Shown here piece after piece: positions 24,162 through 35,069 of a DNA stretch of 64,000 nt. Position 1 is the stretch's first letter. Each line of letters begins with the position of its first letter. Both the position numbers and the translations under genes were made by a program. The notes below the pieces were generated by a model. It ran no database searches. It was not told where the DNA came from and worked only from the letters and a program-made list of their open reading frames with translations. This DNA comes from Klebsormidium nitens (lineage: Eukaryota; Plantae; Klebsormidiophyceae): NCBI GenBank assembly GCA_000708835.1, contig DF237001.1, positions 62,001 to 126,000 on the forward strand, written 5' to 3'.

Positions 24162-27100
24162 ATGTTGCGATCAATGGGCATCCTGATGGAAACCAAGAGA
24201 TCCACTGGGCTGTCTGCGGAGGCTATCATCGCCAGAAGTGCACCTGCCCAAAAAGAAGAAGCCGGCACAGGTCCTTCCGGCCCCACTTCCTTCCTCTTTG
24301 CTGATCCTCTCTCCCGCAGCTTTGCAGAGGACCTCATCAAATTTGGCGCAGTCCACTACGCCCCACTTCTTCCCCCACCCCCTCCCAACTCGCGACCGTC
24401 AGTTCATTCCCAATGGTCGGAATCCACCGCAAAGGCGTCAGATGAGTTCGGCCTGCACCCGTCCAGCCAAGCCCTCAAGCTGATGATGCGCGTCGGCAGG
24501 CTGCAGGACCCCTTCCGACTTTTGCGGCAGGGGGGCTACCTGAGAGTACATGTGCACCCTAAAAGGTTCCCCAGGTGCGGCCGTGTTCCGCTTTTTGAAT
24601 CATTGGGGAATATGGTTGCTTGGCATCTGTTTCTTTCTCGTCATGACAGCCTCAGACCGGAAGACGGTGATTGCTTTACGCAAGAGTAGTAACTGGGGGT
24701 TCTACGGACATGTGATGCTATCTGAGCGTTGACAGAGAAGCGTGTTTATATTTCTCTCCGTTAAAAGAAGGGTCGACCGAATTCAGAGGTCAGACAGCGA
24801 GAAGTGAAAATTTGGTTGTCTAAATTCGACACGGCGACTTAGGAGATAGTTACATGCGAGTTTTTTTAAAGGCAGCTCATATATGTCCTTCCTAACGTTG
24901 TCAATCATGGCTTCCGTCGCCGTCAACTCTCTAACCTCCCTCGTATTGCCTGGTGCAAAAACATTTCTTACTGGACGGGACAAACTCAGGTTTTGACCAC
25001 AGACAGGTTCAGTAAACTAACAAATAAGAACTGACTTTCTTACTCGACGATCCAAAAGGAGATCAAGTCAAGTACTCTTTTCTTGGCTCTCCGCTCCAGG
25101 TGCTACGAAGTCGACTGGCGGGGGCGGGTCCTAACGGAGACTCCCGACTACGTCATTCTGGACAAACCGGCCGGCGTCCCGGTGCAAGGGACCGTTGACA
25201 ATCTCGTTGAAAATTGTGCGGCGTGCCTTTTGGAGGCGCTTGGATTGGAGGAGCCCCTGAAGGTGACGCATCGACTGGACGTGGGCACCGAAGGCTGGTG
25301 AGCTTTGTTTGAAGTGGGCGTTCCAAAGTGTCAGCACTGACGTCATGAACCGTCGTAATTGAATTTGAGCCAGGACTTTCAGCCGTCGCTGCAGTGGTTA
25401 CCGGCACGAAACCCGGCATTTGACATTCGCGATTATCACCTCAAACTTGCCTGAGGCCCCCTGCCGCTAATCTTGGAAGGTCCGGCGTCCCGCGGAACAG
25501 AACGCTCACTTTAAAGCCGTTCTACACTAGATTTGAAAGGGAGGTGTTTCCGTGTCTATCCTTGACGAAGAGAGGCTGTCAAGTCTCTGTCAGAGCAAAG
25601 GCGGAAGTGTCGCTCGTGAAAGCGCTGCATACAAATTGTTTACTCCCGTCTCCTTCTTTACCTCAAGTCGGGCAGGAGCTTTGACGGAAAACCAGCTGTA
25701 GGAGCCTGATAAAAATGACATGGCAACTATCAGTATCGTGGGCAGTTAACTGGTCTTAGTCGGGTTTTATTGACAATCTCGTTCCACGCAAGATTCTGAA
25801 CCTCGTTTTACGCGGAATGGTGAACCATCTCAACGTCCTAGTTCGTCCCGCACGGAAAGGCTCGCTTTTCGAGATTCTGCGCCTCTAGCTCTTGGCGCTC
25901 AATTGCACACGCGTTAAATTACCCTTTTCTTCTCGACCGCTCCGACATTTTATAAGCTCCGCCTCCGGGCTCTTTGTCAACCTTTTCGTTGATTCCTTTC
26001 CCCTTCAAGTTTCTCTCCGTCTGTCCTTTTTAACGAACGAGTGTTCCAAGATCTGTCGGATCTCCTAGTATTGTCGTCCAAAATCCACGGATGTCACCAA
26101 GAGGACCTTGCCGCACTCCGCACTTATATTACACCGTTTGGATTGACAAAAACGTCGTCGGACATCACCCCAGCCACTAAAAGCCACACTCCCGTATCTG
26201 CGCCCACCGATTTGGCGTCGAGGCTCACCCATACGGACGCGTCTTGTCCAAAAAGTTGCCGTCCGCACTTCCGCCGTCCGAAAATTAATTTGAAGCCTCC
26301 ACCAGGCCCCGCAACTGCCGTTCGAGCTCACACAGACCGCTGTCCAGACCACACGAGTGCCGTCCAAAGCTACGAAAGTGTCGTCCGAACTCACATCTCT
26401 GCTGTCCAAACCCACATAACTGCCGTCCGAAGCCAACCATTGCTGCCTAAAACCACATTTCTGCTTTCAAAACCGCCTGAGCGCCGTCCATCTCTTTTCG
26501 CGGACGCCCTTTTGACATGGTCCGGACTGCCGTCTTGTCCGCAGCCTCGACCTCGCCGAGACGCCGGCGTTTCTGCGGGCCTTCAACCAGCTCCTGGCCT
26601 ACCGGAAAGTGCACCCACAGGGGCGCCCTGGAAAGCCACATCTCTGTCGTGCAGATTGCGATATTACCAAACGTACCATGCGGACGCGTCGGTAGTAATG
26701 CGGACTGCCGTTCCGTCCGCAGTCTCGTCCTCGCGAAGACGGCGGCTTTTTTGCGGAGCTTCAACCAGCTCCTGGCCGACCGGAAAGTGCAACCACAAGC
26801 AAACCACATTTCTGTCGACTCTTTTTAACCAGACAACGTACAACCTACACTATGCGGACACCGTCGGAACTGATGCGGACTGCCGTTCCGTCCGCAGTCT
26901 GGTCCTCGCCAAGACGCCGGCGTTCCTGCGGAGCTTCAACCAGCTCCTGGCGGACCGGAAAGTGCACAAGACGTATCGCGCGCTCGCGGCCGCGCGGCCG
27001 CCCCTCGGACGCTTGCTCCACTGGACGCAGCCCAAGTCGTACGCGCCCCGGATCTTGTCGGACGGTACGCGCCTCAGCCGCTATTCTAACCCACGCGCTA

Positions 27101-28570
27101 ACCCAAGCACTAACCCGAGCACTGATCCAGGCTTTCCAGTGATGCTCAGACGTCTGCATCGCAGAGCCCGTGTCAAGACAAAGGTTAGAACGACACAGAA
27201 ACGTGCTGAGCGCTCTTTAGAAGCAATTTCCGCCCGCACAAATCTGCTTGCGAACAAATTGTAACACTGTAGGTAGTGAAAAACGGGCAATGTGATATGG
27301 AAGCATCAAGATAGAAACGGGCTGGATAGAAACGGGCTGAGCTATTTCGCCGCCCCTCAGCTGACACGAAGCACAGTGCTTCGTGCTTCTCCTTCCTCGT
27401 CGCAACGTCGGTTTGCCCCATCTTATTTAAGCTGTCTAATAACGCGAAGATTTCAAGAAACCACGAATGTGCCTTTTTTGCGTTCATGTTTAACACTCAT
27501 CTGAAAGCTTAGAAGTGCTGAAGCCCTCTCTTGCTTTTCCCTACAGAGACCCGCGACGGGTGGCTCCCCTGCGAGCTCGAAATTCTGGCCGTTGATGAGG
27601 TGCCATGGCCAACGGGGGCCGTCGGATCGCTGCGGATGGAGGACGGAGGCTGGCCGCCGCAGGCTACGGCGTACGAATGCACCGTCCGGCTTATCACCGG
27701 ACGTACGCACCAGGTGGGAACGGTCGCAATTTTAGTTCGTGCTCTTTGACCTCTGTCCTGGTTTTCTTTACCGGTTGCTTTCGTGGCAACCTAAGCGCCT
27801 CTTAATCCAGTTCAAGTCACGCTTTGGGAAGTTCAAGGCTCGTCAGACTTTCCGTTTACAGGGTTTTTTTGGATGTCAATCTAATTTTATTTATCAAGGC
27901 ACCTGTGTGAACAGAAGAGGCATGCAGGGCAGGGTTCTACGGCTGTAGTGTTGACGGTTCTGATCACCATCGTTCAAAAGACGTCCATTTCTTTTAAAAG
28001 ACCAGCGCTTCGATTCGACCGACCGGTGAGGGCTACAGGTGATACCAGCAGAGCTCAGGGACCTAGCAAGGAGATCCTCCGGTGCTGAACAAAAGGGCGA
28101 ACGTGTTCCCAAATGCCTACGGGTTCCAGCTTTGCCTCTGGTGCAAAGTTATGCCGCTTCATTTCCCGCCTTCTGACTCTTTGCGCGCGGCAAACACGCA
28201 ACCGAAACTGTACGCTACAGGCTCTGTGCTTGAAGACCTTCATTCCGTTCATTCCGGTCATTTCGTTCATTCCGTGCGCTTGCAGGTACGAGCTCAACTC
28301 GCCCGAGTCGGGTGTCCATTACTAGGCGATACTATGTACATGCCTGGGCCTGCTATCGAACACTTAGCTGGTCTGGAACCTTCTAGCTCTAGTTTTGACC
28401 TACTGGGTGCGGAACTAAGCCGCAAAGTAGCTCCTTTGCACTGCTGTTTAGAGGACCGGAGGATCTATGGTGCGGAACCAGGGGGGCCGCTCGCTTTGCA
28501 AGCCTGGAAGCTCCGATGGGATAGCGGAACGGAAGAGTACGTTGCCGGAACGCCTTGGTGGCGAACTTGA
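24162..28570 (+). CDS. RluA-family RNA pseudouridine synthase, plant plastid type (Arabidopsis 'RNA pseudouridine synthase 6'-like); exons 24162-24574, 25100-25297, 26898-27064, 27547-27713, 28286-28570
   Basis: Motifs LDKPAG, catalytic HRLD, KTYRAL, LITGRTHQVRAQL and PLLGDTMY, plus the plant-type DLIKFGAVHY and YLRVHVHPKR. All introns are GT-AG and phase-consistent. The start codon is uncertain. Confidence 0.92.
26517..26967 (+). repeat. Tandem triplication (~177-nt period) of the intron-2 acceptor plus the first 70 nt of exon 3 of the pseudouridine synthase
   Basis: ggactgccgt..tccgcag acceptors end at 26544, 26722 and 26897. The following 70 nt match the real exon at 61/70 and 62/70. Confidence 0.95.
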
Positions 28571-30660
28571 ACACCGCAAACTCTTGCGGAATTGAAACGA
28601 CTCAACATCGACTGAGGCCGGGCAAGATTGGATCGACCAAGAGTAAATGGTGAATGCGCGCATGGTTGTTGATTCCTCTATCAGTCCACCAGGCGGGACG
28701 ACTACTTTTACCTCGTCATCGTGGGCCAACTCGATTCACCTCATTAGACGCCCCCTACGTGCAGTACGAGCTCTTGAGCGCCGAAGTAGAGCTCTTTGGG
28801 CAACTTAGAAAGCTAGCAAATCACATAGTGTGTACCATGTGACTTTGTCCCGTGATGCAGGGACTCATGCACCGCACTGGTTGTCTGGTTATGCAATCCA
28901 TGCACATGCAAGCTCATGTGTACATATGCACTCGTACCGCGACCGTATCAGGCGCAGGCCAGCCGGTGGCCTGCCTTCTGCACTATAAGCGTTCTTTACA
29001 TTCGCGCAACATTGACTGTCCGACATGCGGTACTGTGGACGTCTGTAAGTGTCGCAGGCGTAGGCAGGCTTGCCATGCAACGTCGCAATCGCGGCAAATG
29101 CTGACTAGTGTGACCATTCAAGGGCTGCCGCGGTCGAATTCACACCAATCATTGACGTATACGGCATCACAAATTAGGCCAGTTGGTTCGATGGCCATAT
29201 CGAATTGTGGCGCCACAAGATACTGGAGCTAACTCATGTCAATGTTGAATGTCGTTTTCATATGCGAGGTGCCCGGCCACTCACCTCATTCAAAGATCAA
29301 TTTACCGTTTCCAGATGTAGTGGATCGATCTGTAACGCTTGGCCATTGAGTACATCCCAGTCGACATATTGTGCACCATTATGTAAGCGGACGCGAGCTA
29401 GCGGGCGTTGTCACTACCGAACCATGGACTTTCTGAGACAATCCCACCACTCAGTGACTTGCAAGGTCCATTTGGAAGTGGATTGCACGTCTCAAGGCTC
29501 AATATGCACTTGATTCCTTCAGTTGTCTTCCTCTCATGCAACGAAAACTAGGACGGAAATCAAGGTCTATGCCCGCATAGCGATTGTTCCTTGCTCACAA
29601 TCTCGGATCTATTGGAGCCGAGCACGCAGAACGCTAGTTTGTCACCATTGGCAAAGCACTACGGAAGCTAGCTCTGATCCACGCTGCACATATCAGCTGA
29701 TCTCTTGCGACAATTTCCTCAAAACTCGTTTTTGCACAGTCTCTTGTGTTGAGGCAACCGCGCGGCTGCTAGTGCCAGTCGATACTCGGACAGTACAGCG
29801 GCTCCCTTGGCAGCTCCTTGAACTCACCCTTGACCATGATCCATGTGTGCCTGCAGACATATGTGAGATACTTCACGAAAGACAGTCCAGCAGAAATGTG
29901 CCGCAGAGCGTTTAGCGTTCTCAAGTTAAAGCGAAGGTGCATTCGTGCCGAGCGAAAAGGAAGCTTCACCAAGGCAAAGCAAGGAAATATTGACTAGAAC
30001 CCTGGGGAGTGCCGAAGTAATCGTCAAACCTAGGCAAACCTGCAGATAGTCGCACAGATGCTGCATTTCGAGAGCACTTGCTGCAAAGGGGATCCTCACG
30101 ACTCAAAGTCAGGCCCCATACGACTCCTCAGAATCGATTGTTTCAGTTGAGACCGGCAATCTCAAGTTGGTTACTCCAGAACCCGTCACTTCGACATTGC
30201 TGTCGCCATAAAAACAGATTGTCCGACTCCGCATCGTGTCTTCCTGAACCTGAAACCACTACGGAGGAAGGGATCACAACGAATAAGTGAATTATTTTCA
30301 ACCCAGTCGCTTCTACAAGAGCTACACCAGGATTTAGAGTGGCAGAAAACTGATGCTCTCTTCGGATGCCCAAAGGTTTGCGTACGCGAAGGATGGAGGC
30401 ACTTTCACCTCGTCAACTACAGCCAAACAGAAAGACACCAGTCGTTACCCAATACGTTTGCTTCCACGCTCATTTCTCACCTCGTCGATTTCAGCAAGAC
30501 CGAGAGACGTAAGCCGTTTCCTGAAGTTTTTGCCTCCACATCTTCTTGCATCTCACCCCGCTACTTCAATCCGAACGAAAGGCACAAGCGGTCTTCCAAG
30601 AAGTTTGCTTCCATGACAGCTCAAATTTCACCTCGCAACTTTCAAAGTCCCGGAGAGACA

Positions 30661-33600
30661 CTATCGACTTTCATTGCTACCTGTAATGCTATACGACACG
30701 GCAGGTTCGGTTACACCTGGCCGCCTGACCCAACTCCTGCTTGAGCTCATTCCACATCTCGGCCACAACGAAGATCTACCACAACGAGATCTACCGTAGA
30801 TCTTCGGCCGTTCGATTGAGGGCATCCAGGTCATCGAAGGGTCCAATTTTGTGCGCATCATAAGAGGGCGAATCAGAATTAAGTCCCACCTCACTAGTTT
30901 CAAACCGACCGAGAGGCACCAGCGGCACAGCTCGGGGTGAATTGCGACGGGCAGATGGAACGTTGGCGGGGGCGCGCCCATCTCGCGCAGCTGCGCGCTC
31001 GCGCCGCTGAAGAGCGCGACGAACGCGTCCTCGTCTTTGGCTACCACGTGGCCCATAACGAGGAACGCGGTGGTGTAGGCGCTGCGAAGAGAAGGTTATA
31101 GCAGTGGGTTTGTCTGGACGAGAATGATTAGGGAAGGATATGATAAGGGAAATATGGTTTAAGGAAGTCTCGTGAGGAGATTATGGTTGGGGGAACATTT
31201 GCAGTTTGCAGTTCGATTCTACGCATGATCGTCCTTAGCTGCCACGTGGCCCATCAGGAGGAACGCGGTCGTGTAGGCGTTGCGAAGAGAAGATTATGGG
31301 GACGGGCTTGTGTGGACTTCCTGAGAACATGGAGTCAGGGGTGGAGTTGCGGTATGCGTTGTGAGCTTGATCAGTGCGTCGTCGTTCTTGGCAGCCACAA
31401 GTGGTTCAAATGGAGAACGCGGCTGTGTAGGCGCTGCAAAGAGACAGCAGATTTGCGGAGACTGTTTGAGGTTAGGGTCAGGTTGAGTTTAGGGTCAGCT
31501 TGAGGTTAGGGTTAGGCAACCGAGCGCGCTTTGAACGACGAAGCATGATCGCACCAGAGTTGAGAGACGGCTCGTCTGCGCTGCAAAAGCAGACAGCCAT
31601 TTTAATGCTCCGGAAAGGAGGTAAGAACGGAAGCTCCTACAAGAGGGTGGAAGGAAACAAAATTGGAAAAGCAAACAGAAAAAGGAGAAAAGAAGACAGG
31701 AAGCGGGCGTAAAATATTAACAGAGTCGAGGGCACTTACACAACCTCCCCGTCTTTCAGCGCCACGAACATCGGAAACGGCCATCCCTTGGTGAAACCCG
31801 ACAGAGTCTTGGCAAACGAGTAGCCGTTTGGGGCCAAGAACAGCGCGTCGCACCCCGGAATGTCGCCCTCTTCGAGTCTCCTAACGGTGTATCCGCTGGC
31901 GACTTCCAACGGCTTCGATGGGTAGCCCTCGAAATATGCGGCGACAAACTTGGGGTCGAAGCCGAACTTGGTGTAGAGGGAGAAGGCTTTCGGGTTGGAC
32001 GTGAGCTGCGCAAAATGGAAAAAAAGGTTTGGCTCCGTTGGTTTAAAAAAGCGGGTTTTGGTTGTATAGGCACTCGAAGACCCAGGTAGGTTGTATCTTT
32101 CGAACTTTCTACAAGACACAAGAACGCCTCCGCCCTTAACTAAAGTTCCACATCCAGACACTTGCGCTTTCCGCACTCCTCCTCATCCTGTTTCCAAGCT
32201 CCGCTCCTAGCGAAGGCCAGAACTTTCAATACAGGAAGCAGTTTTCCAAAAAAAGTTTGGTCTTGCAATCGGGTGCATAAAGTCAGGTGAACCATCACGC
32301 CCAATGCGATGGCGGGGAGCTGGTAAGCCAGAACTACTTCATTTTAAGCGCTGCATGCGAACTAGGTACCCAGCTGGTTCCTCGGAGAGCCTCTCTAAAG
32401 CCTGCGAGCATCGTATCGACAGGAGTAGACGTCATCCAAAAGTATTGCCTTCGGCGAAGCAAACCACTGTGACCGTGAGAACCAAATGCGTCAAGCACAG
32501 ACAGTCTTTGTTTCCTAGCATATTTGTTCAGTCCCCTCCCCGGAACTAGTTCCTTGAAAAGAGCAACATGGCGTATGGACTGTATAACCCGAAAGCTCAA
32601 ACACAGCCTTCAATCAAACTTACAATCGAGAGAATGTGGCCTCGGTCTTTTGAGAACAGTCATGAACTGACCTGCACCAAACGGAGCGACTTGGCACCCT
32701 CTTTCTCGGCGTGATCGACGCACGCCTTGACGATCGCCCGGCCCACTCCCGCGCTGTTGGCTTTCGTGGAAACATTCACCGGACCCATCGTCCAGATCTT
32801 GGAGTCTGAAACAACTTCGTCAGCGCCTTTTAATTCTGTGGGCAGCACTGTTTTCTGTGCGTTTCCCGGGTGAAATTTTGGGGAGCAGACCCAAAGCTCA
32901 AGCAGCGAAACAGCACAAAGCGACACAATTTTCTGTATCAGAGGACGAAAGCTGCAGCACGGAGCGCTTCTCAATGAACGCCAAAGCTGTAACATGGATC
33001 TAGTAGTTGGTTGACTACATCCCAAAATGGTCACAAGAGCCCTCTGTCCAAAAGTAATGAAAATAACAGTGATTTAGAGACGCCCTCTAACCAGGAGAAG
33101 TTACTACCGTTTCCTCTTAAACTTTGCTTAGTGCCCACTAACCTATAAAGCTCGAGAACCTGGTTCGCGTGGTTCACCAGGTTTGAGACTTCTTTGAATC
33201 CAAACAGCTGCGCTCTGATTTCCAAAGCTCAACAACCGGAAACTCACCTGGGTCCCCAACAATGAAGTTGCTGCCAATGGGCTGGCCCTCCCGGTTGACT
33301 GCCAGCACAGAGAAAGACAGGGGACTGCGCAATTTGGCCGCTATCACTTCCACGAATGGGTCCGGAGAGGGCACCTCAGGGGGAAGCCCCACGGTCTCAT
33401 TGAACGAGTTGAAGGCCTGAGAAGGAGGCAAAACAGGAGAAGATGAGATAGTAATGCAATAGGATGGCTACACAAAGTGGGTGAAATCAATCTAGAAGGA
33501 AATGCATTTCAAGCTGGCAGATAAGAGAAGAGAGCAGAGGAGTTGAGTATGTATGGAATGTCAAAAACTCTGAGGCGGGTGCTTTAAACCTGCCATTTGG

Positions 33601-34258
33601 AGTTTTGGGGTGGTTGGAAAAGGAAAGAAACAAAGTTTGACTTTGCTTGTGAATTGTTGTGCAGCAAGGTTAACTGGAGGGGGAAGTCAATTACTCTCAG
33701 CTCAGAAGATTAACTTGAGTGAAAGTTGAAGTGGACTGAAAGCTTGCATATCACATGACAGCTAAAAAGCTTGAATTTGAGGAAGGAAGAGTTCTGAAGC
33801 AGCCAAAACCATACACACAGCCAGCTCCAAATGCCACAAGCAGAGCTCTCAAAGCGCAGTTCTGAGCTATCAATTGGAGACGGGAGGCCACTGTGCCCAG
33901 CGGTTCCCGAGTCTGGTTGTCGCTAATGCTATCACAATGGATGACTCATAACAAGACTATGCGCACCAAGAGAAGCTTTTCTTTTGAATGCATCAGTGGA
34001 GCCTTTCAGGCAGTGCATTGGGACCAAAATGGGATCAGCAAGGTCCAGAAAACAAAAGTGATGTGGTCAACTGACCCGCCAGGCAAGCAGTCTGCCAGCC
34101 AGTCAAACATGGTTCAAATTAAGTTCAGGCAGAAAGCTATTTCCTAACGGCCATCGTCTTTTGGTCGTCCATCTTCTCACCTCACACGCAACCTCTGCTG
34201 CTGCGGGGATGTCTGCTTCCTCCAGAGGGCGCAGCGAAAAAGCACTGCTTGGTGCCAT
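30661..34258 (-). CDS. Bacterial-type tandem GNAT N-acetyltransferase; exons 34181-34258, 33248-33416, 32672-32805, 31740-32005, 30661-31081
   Basis: The spliced product reads FSLRPLEEADIPAAAEVACEAFNSF...GQPIGSNF...GPVNV...GVGRAIVKACVD...LRLVQLTSNPKAFSLYTKFGFD, then a second domain TVRRLEEGDIPGC...GHVVAKDED...ELCRWCLSVGLK...WMPSI. It contains the acetyl-CoA motif A (GVGRA). All four introns are phase-consistent. The exact C-terminus is uncertain. Confidence 0.88.
31030..31597 (-). repeat. Tandem copies of the last-intron acceptor plus exon-5 start of the GNAT gene
   Basis: The real acceptor precedes 31081. Copies start at 31279 (AG mutated to AA), 31433 (AG intact, early TGA) and a short one at 31580. 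Confidence 0.9.
31467..31516. repeat. Three ~17-nt units containing TTAGGG/TTTAGGG (telomere-like/telo-box) in the GNAT intron
   Basis: ttgaggttagggtcagg-ttgagtttagggtcagc-ttgaggttagggttagg. Confidence 0.6.
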
Positions 34259-35069
34259 TGGAGCAGAGTCAGCTGGTCAGCAGGAAATGTTGCAGCTGAA
34301 AGCGGGCGTTCTAAGAGAAAAAGTTAAAGCTGCGGCAGAGAAAGCAATGGTCCGATCCCTTGATCAGGAGCAAGGACAAGGGTTGAGCTTTACGTTTAGA
34401 GAAGAATGAGAAAGCCTGAAAGGTGCAGCTTGATATTCAGCTTGAATCAACATCATGCGTGCATGACATTGCTTCATGCAAGCGGCGATGCAACACGTTG
34501 ACAATGATTGCCTCTCAGAGCACTTAGTATATGTACGGACGAGGTTTGCCTGGTATGCATAGACGGGGGATCCCTCAAACTCCAGCCAGGATGAAAATCC
34601 GGTTTAAGCCCAGAAAGCATGCGTGGCCGCAATTGTTCCCCCCGAGTTCATTGCCCTGGCATGTTCATCGAGTCAATCATGGCGTGCAAAAGAGCATATC
34701 ATGGCCCACGAGGCTATATGGTCGATCACGGCGTGCATGTAGAAGAGAACATCGTGATGCATCCATTTTTCAGCTAATGTTTGCCTGTGACAGACTCCGA
34801 GAGCCTGAACAGCGCGAACTTTCGCCATCATATAGCATTCGATTCAATCGTAGCCGCACCGACATGCAGTGGTTGATCTATGGGGCTTCGTAACTTGACT
34901 GCTCAACGGTAACCTCCTCTCCATATCAGCTTATCCAAACGATCCAGACTCTTGTTTTTTTCTTTACAAGCAGCTAGGCGCGTGCAACTATTAGCCAAGC
35001 ATAGGAGCTCATAAGTTAAGGTTTGTATATGGAGTCTGAGTACCTTTAGAATCATCCTAAATATAGTTC

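Noticed and set aside
27090-27339. Short tandem repeats (ctaaccc-like units; gatagaaacgggctg x2) in the PUS intron
   Set aside because: Ordinary short intronic duplications that contain no splice site or exon sequence.
28690-28800. DDYFYLVIVGQLD resembling the Sedlin/TRAPPC2 N-terminus
   Set aside because: About 12 residues followed by a stop or frameshift, with no further Sedlin sequence.
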